A stretch of DNA of 53,741 bases, the filler included, from Squatina squatina (lineage: Eukaryota), in assembly GCA_031763465.1 (NCBI GenBank). It is 3 parts of 3 records of this genome, joined end to end, with 100 filler letters (N's around TTAATTAATTAA, not from the genome) between each part and the next. Parts side by side here need not be neighbours in the genome. Positions count along the whole stretch, not along the records: positions 1 to 24,386 come from JARFOE010000203.1; 2 more parts are not named here. The stretch is one strand, 5' to 3'. This document shows positions 11,942 to 23,048 of this stretch, piece by piece; position 1 is the first letter of the stretch; each line of letters starts with the position of its first letter. Made by a program: the position numbers and the translations under genes. Under the pieces are notes generated by a model. It had not been told where the DNA came from and did not search any database. It was given only the letters and a program-made list of their open reading frames with translations.

Positions 11942-12037
11942 GACCAGCTGAAATCGGCCTTGGATTCCATGGAGGATGAAAAGAAAAGTAAAAGTGAATT
12001 AAAACGGCAGCAGGAGAGGAAGATTTCCGAGCTGGAT
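11942..12037 (+). CDS. TRIM-B30.2 gene, coiled-coil exon (96 nt)
   Basis: TTTTAG|GAC...GAT|GTGAGT; DQLKSALDSMEDEKKSKSELKRQQERKISELD; 96-nt phase-0 exon typical of TRIM-B30.2 genes. Confidence 0.85.
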
Positions 12038-12117
12038 GTGAGTATTACTGCTGTTACCTTTAAACACTGCCACCCTTCAACAATCTGCTGCTTAAGTGAT
12101 CTTTCTCACCATCTTAG

Positions 12118-12351
12118 GAACTCACAGGATCCCTGGAGCAAGACATCTCCACACAATTTGCCAAAATCCATCGATATCTTGAAGACAAAGAGAAACATTT
12201 AATCGAAGAGCTGAGGAGACAAAAGGAGGAAGATCTGCGACCAATGGAGACGAACTTGAAAAGAATTGAAGAGGAACTGACGTCACTTGAGGAGAACATA
12301 CTGAACCTTTGTGCAGACATCGAGCAGCAAGACAGTGTCTCTTTTCTCAAG
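12118..12351 (+). CDS. TRIM-B30.2 gene, coiled-coil exon (234 nt)
   Basis: CTTAG|GAA...AAG|GTGACC; ELTGSLEQDISTQFAKIHRYLEDKEKHLIEEL...SFLK. Confidence 0.88.
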
Positions 12352-13044
12352 GTGACCCTTTATAACCAAATCCCCAAGCTGTTGGTGTAAGTGTGATCAG
12401 CACTTTATAATCGGGCTCAAACCCCATCACAACAATGCACACTGTGCGGTATAACTGAGGACAAACAGGTATCAGTCAGGATTGAGCTCTGAGTGTTGAG
12501 GAGACTGTCCCACACTGTCAGGACCTCACACTGGCCGTAGTATAACTGGAACCAGAGTAAAGGCAACTTATTAAACCTCTTGCTGGTCCCCTTCATGTTT
12601 TCAATGTTAGTGAAGAGTTGGGAGGATAGTCCACCCTTCACTGGATCTCAACCCTTCACTGACACTGAGAACTCGACCCATGTCTTTAAATAGAGGTCCA
12701 CAGTCCTCGGCTTCCCCCAGTTTGACTGTGGTGTGCAGTCAGCAGTATAACTCCGAGCTGTGTTTACAGATGTTACCAGGGTTGCAGACCATTGCTGCCG
12801 GAAATCCCGCTGTGTTTCATTGTGGTTCAGAGAGCCTGAGTGAGTGAGAGATATTGATCCTGTTCTTGCCCTATCATTCTAATCCTGACACCGTGTCACA
12901 AGCCAAACAGTGTAGACCGGCATTGAGCAATATATCATCAACTGACTCACCATCCAAATATAGGTTACACAAGATTCTTTGTTCAGGTTAAAGGTTGTCT
13001 CCTCTCAGATTTCTCCCCCTCGCTCCTGTCCTTAAATGAGTGAC

Positions 13045-13315
13045 TGGCCCTGAGAGCAATGAAATGTTGGGGTTCAGGCCCTTGGGTGCTCTCCCTGAGA
13101 GCAGTGACATGTTGGGGTTCAGGCCCTTGGGTGCTCTCCGAGAGCAGTGACATGTTGGGGTTCAGTTCCACGGGTGCTCTCCCTGAGAGCAGTGACCTTG
13201 TTGGGGTTCGGTCCCATGGGTGCTCTCCCTGAGAGCAGTGACATGTTGGGGTTCAGTCCCACGGGTGCTCTCCCTGGGATCAGTTACTTGTTGGGGTTCC
13301 GTCCACTGCGTGCTC
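13045..13315. repeat. Intronic minisatellite, about 45-bp unit, about 6 copies
   Basis: GAGAGCA anchors at 13052, 13097, 13140, 13185, 13231. Confidence 0.9.
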
Positions 13316-13793
13316 GCCATATTCTTTCCGAACAGTGAGCAAGAGACGGCTATTTGACTGTGTGGGTATCACACTGGGCCTAATCCTGTTCTTGCCTGAT
13401 GAATGTTGCCCCAGAGCAGTCTGGATGTGTCCAGGAGCTGGTACATAGGCTGTTCTCTGCCTATCGAGGCGATGCTGACGTTAGGTGTAACACCACTGTC
13501 CCCCGCTCAGGGCCGCACAGACCAGAGACAAGCTCTGAGTTACTGGGAAAGTACAGACCAGAACTAACAGGGTCGGCTCTCTGAAGCCTCAAAGTCTTCA
13601 GCAGCAGAGGAAACCCTGTTGCCTGTATTCGGGGGGGTAACTGGCGTGGTATCACATCACTGGAACCCGTCAGTGAAAACTCCACCCAGATCCTTTCACA
13701 TTTTACTAAAACCACTGATTATACATCATTAAACAGTACAATCAAAACAGTTCTGTATATTTATTAAAATGTTTCTGATTCTCTGTCTTGCAG

Positions 13794-13816
13794 GAGCTGA
13801 AAAGATTGAGAGAAAG
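13794..13816 (+). CDS. TRIM-B30.2 gene, 23-nt micro-exon
   Basis: TTGCAG|GAGCTG...GAAAG|GTGAGT; ELKRLRE(R); a 23-nt exon is characteristic of this TRIM class. Confidence 0.85.
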
Positions 13817-13908
13817 GTGAGTTCCCAATCCAAGCCCACACACGGTCTGACACTGTGATCACAGTTTGCATCCAGCAGTGAGTGACGAAATCAATCCCAT
13901 TCAAACAG

Positions 13909-14054
13909 GTACCTGGACAAAGGTGAGGAAGGAGAAGGTGCCGAGAGAGGTGAATATCAAGAGATCCTGGTGTCTGCAAGTCTGAAATACACAGTGTTTC
14001 GAGGCCCGTTACTCTACGCAGTGTGGAAGGAAATGAAACAGATCATCTCTCCAG
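13909..14054 (+). CDS. TRIM-B30.2 gene, linker exon (146 nt)
   Basis: ACAG|GTAC...CCAG|GTAAGA; YLDKGEEG...FRGPLLYAVWKEMKQIISP; phases are consistent (2 to 1). Confidence 0.8.
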
Positions 14055-14339
14055 GTAAGAAACTCCCCAGCTTTGTGTTCACTTTCTGCAGTTTCCTGCT
14101 CTCTTCCCCCTCTCCTGAAGGTGCTGCCTGTTGCTGGGTACAGATCACTGGAGCAGCAGCTTCTGGCAGTCACTCAAGGGGCCATTCTTTATGTGGGACC
14201 TTAGATTGAGCAATTCAAGCATGAGAGCATCAGAACATCATATTAGACATCCGGACACTCACACTTTCCAGCAAAACACACTGGACAGTGATCAGACTGG
14301 GACCCATGGCTGACTGTGTTCCTCTCTGACCCAGGGCTC

Positions 14340-14672
14340 ACTGTAACACCTGTTCACTGAATGTACTGGAGTCTGGAAATATATCTAATTGTACACTGTA
14401 CCCAGTCTGTAATATCTGTTCACTGTATACACTGGAGTCTGGGAATATATCTAACTGTACACTGTACCCAGTCTGTAATATCTGTTGACTGTACATACTG
14501 GAGTCTGGGAATATATCTAACTGTACACTGTACCCAGTCTGTAATATCTGTTCACTGTACATACTCTAGTCTGGGAATATATCTAACTGTGCACTGTACC
14601 CAGTCTGTAATATCTGTTCACTGTACATACTCTAGTCTGGGAATATATCTAACTGTACACTGTACCCAGTCT
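14340..14672. repeat. Intronic minisatellite, 66-bp unit, about 5 copies
   Basis: CACTGTACCCAG at 14394, 14460 and onward; 22-aa periodicity in the spurious ORFs. Confidence 0.92.
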
Positions 14673-14803
14673 GCTGTATTTACTGATACAGAAATTATGG
14701 GCTGTTTGCCGAGTCCAGTTACACAGACAGCGGATATTAACCTGTGTCCATCCACCTTCCTCTCTCTAAAATATTTAACATGATGTCATTTTTATTTCCC
14801 CAG

Positions 14804-15348
14804 TCCCAGCCTCACTGACCCTGGACCCAAACACAACGTATCGTCAGCTCATCCTGTCTGAGGACCGGACCAGTGTGAGACCCGGTGACAGAGAATTACA
14901 GCTTCCTGATATCCCGGAGAGATTCGATCCATGCCCATGTGTCCTGGGATCACAGGGATTCACATCAGGGAAACACTGCTGGGAGGTGGAGGTCGGGGAC
15001 AAGACTGATTGGGACATGGGTGTGGCCAGAGAGTCAGCCAATAGGAAGGGACGGGTAACACTGGGACCTGAACATGGATACTGGGCTGTGTGGCTGAGAA
15101 ATGGGAATGAATATAAAGCTATTGACAGCACATCTGTCCCACTGAGCCCGAGTGTGAAGCCCAGGACCATCGGAGTTTACCTGGACTATGAGGGAGGACA
15201 AGTGTCCTTTTACAATGCTGATGATATGTCCAATCTCTACACTTTCACTGACACATTCACTGACAAACTCTTCCCTTATTTCTATCCTGGATCGTGGGAT
15301 CGGGGTAAAAATGCTGCTCCTCTCAAACTGCGGCATTTCGACCGGTAG
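14804..15348 (+). CDS. TRIM-B30.2 gene (TRIM39/TRIM35/A33-like), terminal PRY-SPRY exon
   Basis: CCCCAG|TC; [70 protein letters not shown] stop. The RING/B-box exon is not visible. Confidence 0.93.
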
Positions 15349-16399
15349 GATGTGAGAGTGCGGAGAGAATGTGTCCACTGCTGGGTGAATATTGCACATC
15401 ACACACAGTAACTGTGAGACACAGCAGGACCCGGAGAGAATGGGGTTGGTCTTAACCCCCACAACAGGAGGGAGAGGGTCGNNNNNNNNNNNNNNNNNNN
15501 NNNNNNNNNNNNNNNNNNNNNNNNNNNNNNNNNNNNNNNNNNNNNNNNNNNNNNNNNNNNNNNNNNNNNNNNNNNNNNNNNCGTGATGCATTTTGAGACA
15601 TTTACGAGAAACATGTTGAGCTGTTCCATGTTGTTCATTTTTCTCATTGATTTTCTTTATATAAACTAATCAGTGCAAATTTATTAACAAAACACACCAG
15701 GTCCAGAGCCTGAGCCGGCACGTTGGAAATTCGTCCTTTGGCTTCCATGCGATTTTCATCTATTAAACTAGTGGATTGAGAAACAGGAGTTGATGGCGTG
15801 GTTTTACAATCTATGCTCCGGAGCAGGGCTCAGATCACCAACGTAGTAATTCTCCATTAGCAGACCAAGAGGGTCGCATCTTGTATCCCTGAGTTATCTG
15901 TTCTCAATAGGATCAGCAGTGGAGGTTCGGCAGTCGGCCTCCTTACAATGACCGGCCAGCACTTACAGGAAATACTCCACCTGTGATCCTCACTCATTGA
16001 CCCTAAACCCATTCAGGTAGTTGAAAGGATTAGGGTGAGGAAGTGTGTTTTCAAAACATCATTTTCTCTTTTTAAGAGCACCTGGTTACTGTGTGAACTA
16101 GAATTCATGGACAAACTATCTGACTGTTAATTGAATGAGCCCCGAATCTGCCAACTTTATTAGTGAACGGTATGTGATGAGGTGGGTGTTTTGCTGTGGA
16201 GGACACTTACCGACGGGTGGCAGCATTTAAACTGTCACAATTCTCCAGCTCCAGCTTTAAGCCCCACAATCAGTTCTGTTACAGATACTGAGAGCCAGCT
16301 GTGGGCAGTCATTCGAACCAGGGAGAACTGGAAGAAAGGGATACCAAAATCAACACGATTTTTTTTACAATTATATGAATTGAAATACTGTGGTCTGGA

Positions 16400-17150
16400 G
16401 CAATTTGGGGCAATTTAAAGCTAATAATGGTGATTTTGTAAATGAAAATAAGGAAATTGCAGACATGTTGAATAATTACTTGTCATCACCATTTACTGTA
16501 TAGGAAGAGGAGAAATCCCAAGGAAATTAGTACTGAATCAGGGAAGGGGGCTCAGCAAAATGGATGTATGCAAAATAATATTAATGAAGAAAATAGTTGA
16601 ACTAAAGAGTGACAAGTCCCCAGGACCAGATCATTTCCATCTCACCTGGAGTTCTGTGCCAAGTTGTGGGCACCACACCGTAGGAAGGATACATGGGCCT
16701 TGGACGAGTGCAGCATAAATTTACCAGAATTGTACCTCGACTCCAAGGGTAAATTACGAGGAGAGATTACACAAGCTAGGGCTGTATTCCAAGAATTTTT
16801 AATGTTAAGAGGTGATTTCATCGAAGTTTTCAAGGTAATAAGGGGAACTGATAGGCTAGATAGAGCAGCATTATTTCCGCTGGGTTGGACAGTCTATGAT
16901 ATAAGGCAAATGGTCGAAAAACTAAAGCAGATCTTTCAGTAGTGAAGTTAGGAAAAATCTCCGCATACAATGAGTTCCACAAAGCGCAATTGATGCTGGG
17001 ACTATTGTTAATTTAAAATATGAGGTTCATAGAATTTGTTAAGCAAAGGTATTGTGAAGTATGTGCCAAAGGCAGGTACATAGAGTTAGGTCACAGAACA
17101 GCCATGATATGGCGCAACAGGGTCAAGGGTTTAAATGATCTGATCTTGCC
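16400..17150 (+). mobile_element. CR1-clade LINE, degenerate and internally deleted ORF2 plus 3' UTR
   Basis: DKSPGPD motif near 16610, then WAPHRRKD...LRGDFIEVFKVIRG and a CR1-like 3' UTR. Confidence 0.8.
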
Positions 17151-17176
17151 CCGGCGTTGCTATGGCAAGTCATGGT

Positions 17177-18102
17177 TTATATTTTGCGCTGCTGATCCAA
17201 TTTAAGTAACTTAAATATCTGAGCAAAGGGATATTTTATCATATTCTTTAATGCATATCTGAATTTAGTTTGGGCCACTGCATAAATAACCGTATTAGTG
17301 CAGGAACTCAAACGCTGGAGCATATATCCAGTTTGTTCCATGATGGTAAAAGAATCTGCATAATCTGTTCGGAACAACTGAGTATCTGTAATTTGTACAC
17401 AAATTTCATAAAAGAAAGTTACCATCCATAAGAGGATAAAGCTGCCTGAAATTGCAAGCATTAAAATGATGGATTTCCTTCGGTTCACCATCTCTTCATC
17501 ATGATGACTCTCACTTTTGTTGCTCCCTCGAAGTCCCCTTCTGACTCTCATAGTCTGCACAATGTGCCTGATGGTCAGAGCATTGAGCAGTGCAATCAAC
17601 ACGAATGGAGCGAAAGGTGTTGCAATAGCGTGAAGCCAGGAGTAGGCCATCCAAATAGGCATGGTGTAGAAGTTAGGTTTTACAACACAGAACCATTGTA
17701 TTTCACCAATTGTTTCACCAGCTTCCTTTAAAAAGTAAAGTGGAATGTTCAGTAAAAAGCTCAAAGCCCACACCATTGTTATAATCACAGCTGCAGTTTT
17801 CTCGGTGCAATATTTGACTCTCAGACTCTGGGAACAAATGGCAATGAATCGATCAAAGGTGAAGACGACGGTTAACCAGACAGAACAAAAAACGGCAGAA
17901 ATTGCCAGGCTGAAATTGAGACGACAGATGAGAGTATAGTTCAGGAATGAATGTGGAAAATAAATCACTTTAAACTCATCCAGAATTACATCAAATATCA
18001 GGACCAGTAGATCTGCTGCTGCCATGGCCACCAGGTAACGGGTGATACATGCGGAGAGACCGCACTTTCCACGGGAGAGAATCACAATTGTGAATAAATT
18101 CG
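17177..18102 (-). CDS. Class A orphan GPCR, GPR139/GPR142-like, exon 2
   Basis: Acceptor TTGTAG|CG at 18103/18102; ANLFTIVILSRGKCGLS, YLVAMAAADLLV, VWLTVVFTFDRFIAIC, KYCTEKTA, PFVLIALLNALT, SSCTNTVIY; hydrophobic TM segments; TAA stop. Confidence 0.92.
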
Positions 18103-18804
18103 CTACAATAGGGAGAGAAAAATAAAGGTAATCATTGTAGCCCGAACAAACTGGCGGGCAGAAACGAGAGTTTATTAAATGCATCAGTTATTTTCTACTC
18201 CTCAACTCATGCTCTCTGGTCGACGCATTATGTATTTCCTTTGCTGTCAATGATTCTGACCATTCCTTTTTTGCTCACATCTGCTTTCTCCTGCCCCTCT
18301 CCATATGTCTCACTTTGTGTCTGTGTCGCGTTAATCATCTCTGCCTCTCTGTCTGTCTCTCTTTAGCCGGGATCTTTGTATTGGGGTATTTTCGGCGAGA
18401 ATGGCTATGGGGGAGGTGTTAGTACACAACATTAACCAGATGATTGCTCTGAATACCCATTCGCATAGCCTGAGCTGTAGATTGGGACTGGTTGGGGAGC
18501 ACACTCGTGCTGGCATCAGACAATGGGTATAATTCAATTACAAGGATGTGAACCTTAAAAGGGGCATGTCAGAATAAGGGGACAAGAACTCAAGATCCCT
18601 CGGGAGATTCAAAGCTATCTCAATCAGTTATCCTTCTCGATCAGAGTGATGAAGTTATGGAGCACGCTGAAGAAACAGGCAAATATGTAAAGAAAGGGAG
18701 CCCGAGATTCGGGCACAAGTTAGCAGACATGAGACTTGACAATAAGGAGAAAAGAGTAAATAAGTCAATCTCGCACAGTTTGCTTTACTGTGCACATGTA
18801 AATT

Positions 18805-19100
18805 GATTCTTGGGATGTGGGCATCGCTGGCAAAGCTGGCATTAATGCCCATCCCTAGTTACCATTAATGACTTGCAGGACCGCTTCAGAGGACAGTTGG
18901 TGTAGATCTTGAGTTATGTATAAGTCAGATGGCTTTGGTCGGCAGGGTCCTTCCCAAAAGGATATTAGTGAATCAATTGGCTCAATATAACAACCCAATA
19001 GGTACGGTCACAATGTATTACTGCTAAGTATATTTTTATTTCCAGATTTTTTTAACTGATTTCAAATTCTCAAACAGCCATGGTGGGTTTAAAAGCATGT
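18805..19100 (-). mobile_element. tRNA-derived SINE with LINE-like tail (intronic)
   Basis: Similar to the copies at 29450-29745 (+) and 48050-48390 (-); tail GGGATGGGC..AATGCCAGC..CCCACATCCC. Confidence 0.65.
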
Positions 19101-19711
19101 CAAAACCAAAGTATTTTGAAGTAAAAGGAAAAATAATCCAGCGAGGTTTCAAACAAGCTGTCAGTTCGCAAGCCCTGGTTTTAAACCAATCAATGTGAAG
19201 TTTAGTCCTCTGACTCTGACTTCCTGTGACTGTACCTTTTTTTTAATCTCTTTTTATATGTCTAACTCCTTTGCTCTCTCACTGCTTTTCTTTCTGTCTG
19301 TTTCTCTATTTCTGACTCTGTGAATAAAATTGGTTTTGGGCGGTGCTGCAAAACGGATGCCTGAATTTATTTTGTTTCAATGGGAAAGGAAATTGGGTGC
19401 GGAGTCAAACCGGCTCCGATTGGCTATCAGCCCGTCTCGCGCTGCTGCTGAAGACCAAGTTCGCCCCAGTACTGCAAGACTGTGATGAAAGATGTTAAAA
19501 TTGTTGGTGCTGAAGCTGCAGAGACAATTCTAATGTCCCTGAGAATTTTAGTGAGAATATTGTATTCACTAGAAACTGATGACATTTAATTGATCACAGC
19601 AATTCTGAGCTGTGCAAACAACTTCGTGAAAACAAGCAGATCACAGAATCAACAAGAGTGGAGAGACAACTAAACAGATAGTGATGTTGACAAATGCCAA
19701 ACATGACTTAC

Positions 19712-19781
19712 CAGGAATGCCAAACACTGCGAGAATAGGGTAGTAAACAGCTTCAATCTGTGGAATGACTGATCGATCCAT
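19712..19781 (-). CDS. GPR139/142-like GPCR, exon 1
   Basis: ATG at 19781, MDRSVIPQIEAVYYPILAVFGIP, donor CCTG|GTAAGT; the phase-1 join with exon 2 gives 996 nt = 331 aa + stop. Confidence 0.88.
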
Positions 19782-19860
19782 CTCTGTGATTGTCGCTCTG
19801 CCGGTGCTGGAGAAATCAGCTCAGTTGGGAAAGAGGATGAAGCGGCTTTAATTCAACACT

Positions 19861-19868
19861 TATTTATA
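19861..19868 (-). promoter_or_regulatory. TATA box of the GPCR gene
   Basis: TATAAATA about 80 nt upstream of the ATG. Confidence 0.5.
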
Positions 19869-20059
19869 TCTGAGAGAAATCTCAAGTGAGATATTTAGGT
19901 TACACAATGACTGACATTACTTACGGTCTTTAAACAAACAGATCAGCCAGCTGCTTTGACTCGAAGGATTCTGGTCTATTACAAGGGTGGAACTTCTGAT
20001 TACTGATACACTCGGATGAACGTTAATCTTTTTGCCATATATTCCTGTGTGCACCAACT

Positions 20060-20325
20060 TTACAGTGGCCATCCCCCTCTCAAATAGATATACCGCTTTG
20101 GATATTGTTGGGGAGATGGCTTATCAGGGGAAGGCAGCAGCAGCCAAGCTCGTGGCAGCGTGGGTGGCTCTGCTGCACAGGATGGGAGGAAAATGAGTGG
20201 GAGAGCAAAGGTTTTAGGGCATTCTATTGTAAGGTGAATAGATAGGCTTTTCTGCGGCCGCAAACGAGACTCCAGGATGGTATGTTGCCTCCCTGGTGCA
20301 AGGGTCAAGGATGTCTCGGAGCGGC
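20060..20325 (+). mobile_element. CR1 LINE ORF1 (SGNH esterase region) fragment
   Basis: GHSIVR*IDRLFCGRKRDSRMVCCLPGARVKDVSER, a degenerate GDSIVR block. Confidence 0.8.
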
Positions 20326-20425
20326 NNNNNNNNNNNNNNNNNNNNNNNNNNNNNNNNNNNNNNNNNNNNNNNNNNNNNNNNNNNNNNNNNNNNNNNNNNN
20401 NNNNNNNNNNNNNNNNNNNNNNNNN

Positions 20426-20525
20426 CCTTGTAAGTCCTCTCTGCACCGTCTCCAGTGCCTCTATATCCTGTTTAGAATCTGGTGACCAGAATTGCAAACA
20501 GTAGGCCAAATGTGATCTAAACAAA
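20426..20525 (-). mobile_element. CR1 ORF2 C-terminal fragment
   Basis: RSHLAYCLQFWSPDSKQDIEALETVQR. Confidence 0.75.
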
Positions 20526-20782
20526 GAGGGTTGTATATTGGCCTGGAATCAATCTGGCATGGGCAGGCTGCCTGGTCTGTTTAAACGCTGATCTTGCGAT
20601 TAGGCAGTTTACAGCCTTTCTGAGGTAATGCACGGCCTTTTGATTACCGAAGCTGATTATACATTTTCAACATTGTCAATGTCTGTACACAGGCAGGACA
20701 AATGGAGAAGTGGACGTTCTTGTATTTCTGTTTGGATGCAAATCAGCACATGGAATGGTTCAGTTGTCATGTCCGGTATCGC

Positions 20783-20818
20783 GAGGTTAAGGTGATGGAC
20801 TGCTAATCCATTCTGCTC
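20783..20818 (+). pseudogene. tRNA-Ser(GCT) fragment
   Basis: GGTTAAGGTGATGGACTGCTAATCCATTCTGCTC matches the D-loop to variable arm of vertebrate Ser-GCT; T arm and acceptor stem are absent. Confidence 0.7.
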
Positions 20819-21687
20819 ATATATTGTGTTAAACATTTGATGCTGAACAACCGTCTCAGAATTTGTCTTAATCTTACATAAAATTGGCTTTCTATCCCAA
20901 TTTCAACAAAACCACTTGTCCATCCTCCGGCATTGTTCATATTTGTTAAAATTAAAATGGTCAATTCGAACTCTTCTTCTTCATGAATGAACGTGGAACA
21001 GAGATTGCAATTTGGAGATAGAACCTTATTTGTCCGCCTTTCAGTTCGTTCGGCTGGACTGAAATGACGGAGATACGAAAGAAGACAGACAGAGAGAAAG
21101 AATGTGAACCAAAGCCTCTTTACCTCAAGTTCTGCCCGTGCCCCCAGATCCGCAATGTTAAAAATGTCCAGTCAGCTTCTGTGAGCAAAAGGAATTTGGG
21201 TATTTCTGTTATATGAGGTCAGGGATTGTTAGAAATGGTCGGGTGATTACCAGTTCCGATCTACGTTGGAACTCAATGTGCAAGCCGAACGCAACAAGAA
21301 TTGAAACTGCAATGTTCTGATAATTTTGTGAAACACACAGATAATAAACACATTATCTGTTATGCTCTGCCAGTACTGACTTGTTTCTGCTGATATTTTC
21401 TTGTTCTTGAAATGGCAACGAAGCAAACTGGCAGACTTGCATAAGCTCCACGGGAGGGGCTCGGCTCATCCTTGGACACATTATTCTTTACAGCACAGTT
21501 ACGGGTTTAAGATTCAAAGCGTCTCCACTCCCGCCTATAACTAAATAAATTCTCATCTGCTATTGCTAAATCGTGGCCCAGTGGAGCCTGACTGCTCACA
21601 TTGAACAGCTAATAAGCAAATAAAGTTTGGCGACACACCAGTTGCACCTTCAAAACCTGCAGAAATGTAACCCACAAAAGCACCAGC

Positions 21688-21783
21688 TGCTCCAGGTGAG
21701 GCTCGAACTCACAACCTCGGCATTTCCCACGCACTAACACTGCCATATAAGTACCACGCGCTAACCGATTGCGCCACTAGAGC
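21688..21783 (-). tRNA. tRNA-Ile(TAT) with 22-nt intron (21745-21724)
   Basis: GCTCTAGTGGCGCAATCGGTTAGCGCGTGGTACTTATA-[intron]-ATGCCGAGGTTGTGAGTTCGAGCCTCACCTGGAGCA; two C-to-T changes from the vertebrate consensus give G-U pairs; TTTT terminator about 10 nt downstream. Confidence 0.93.
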
Positions 21784-22249
21784 TGCACGCAATTGTGCTG
21801 AGGTATCGCTGTCCCATCATAACGTTTCCACCTGTCTTACAAGCAAGAAGACATCAAGTCATTGAATCATTCAGCACAGAATGAGACCACTCATCCAATC
21901 ATGTCTGTGCCAGCTCTCTGCGAACTTTTTATCAGCAACACAACGATTCACAACTACATTTGTTACAAATACACAGTCACCGAAATATGTTTGAAGTATC
22001 ACAGTTCAAATACAATTTTACTCACTGCGGTTCGTGGGCAAATGCTGCTGTTCCTGTTTTCCTGTACTTCTGTGTGAAGGTTTGTCGGGCTCTGCTATAT
22101 CGTTTCCCAGGGATGGTCTGTAATGCGCTGTCTAAGGCCACATTCACTGTTCTAGTTGACGTATAATAATGACCTTGACCTGGGTACACAGTGCAGGATT
22201 TCAACATCTACAGATGTGTCATCTCCGTGCACACAACACTGCCAAATTA

Positions 22250-22440
22250 GATTAAACTCTCCCCCACAGCACCAGTTAACTTTCCCGAGGGAAGCGACTG
22301 GTCCAAGCTCTGTTGAAGTGCAACACGTCCAACTGTAACAGGTCTGTCCTGCGCCAGATCTGGTCCCAATGCTCCAGGATTCTGAAGTCCATCCTCCTGC
22401 ACTGTCCATCCAACCACGCATTGATCTGTTTTATCTGACT
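22250..22440 (-). mobile_element. CR1 ORF1 esterase C-terminal fragment
   Basis: NAWLDGQCRRMDFRILEHWDQIWRRTDLLQLDVLHFNRA, a degenerate DGLHLN motif. Confidence 0.7.
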
Positions 22441-22959
22441 GTTCCATTCATCACTGGCGCAGGGAATAATCCAGAGTGTGGCTGGGAAATTTCTCAGAAT
22501 GTCGAAGCAGAACAGAATTTATCAGCAAATCAGAGATTCAGCGATAGAATTCAAATTGCAATTTCAGTCGGTCTGTCTGGTGCCCTTTTAAAAGAAACCA
22601 CATCTCCAAAAATGTCCCCGATCCTGTAATGATTGTAGAAACTGAGACAGGGGAAGAGAAAGAGAAATAGAAGCCCAGGGAAATAGACAAGAGGAAAGGA
22701 GATGTGAAAAATTGCTGTTTCCACGCGGAGCTGATGCAGAAACTCTTCTGCTGCGCTCAGGCTTGCCACCTGCAGCCTGAATATATTAATGTCCTAACAG
22801 CTCATTACCTGCAGGAGTGGGCCCGTCTGGTGCTTTAGAAGACAGGTAGAAAAGGCAAAGGCACTGTCTCGGTCTCAAGAGCCCTTGTTATGAAGAATAC
22901 CCACATATTTAACATGAGTTTCTAATGGTTCTCTCTTACTCTGCTGTTGTGGTGCAGTT

Positions 22960-23048
22960 GGCTCGTTGGTCTAGGGGTATGATTCTCGCTTTGGGTGTTG
23001 TTGTTTGAAAGTTGTGAGAAGTCCCGGGTTCAAATCCCCAATGAGCCC
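22960..23048 (+). tRNA. tRNA-Pro(TGG) with 17-nt intron-like insert (22996-23012); this copy is probably degenerate
   Basis: 5' half matches vertebrate Pro-TGG exactly; insert after G37; the 3' half has about 5 changes, two of which break the T stem (CCCCA instead of CCCGG); TTTT just downstream. Confidence 0.8.

Noticed and set aside
10945-14672. Tandem arrays as CRISPR-like arrays or repeat proteins
   Set aside because: Head-to-tail minisatellites without unique spacers, no cas genes, vertebrate intronic context; the periodic ORFs are by-products of unit lengths divisible by 3.
18103-18184. ORF-track N-terminus of the GPCR (MHLINSRF...)
   Set aside because: Intronic read-through; a proper acceptor and an upstream exon 1 at 19712-19781 complete TM1.
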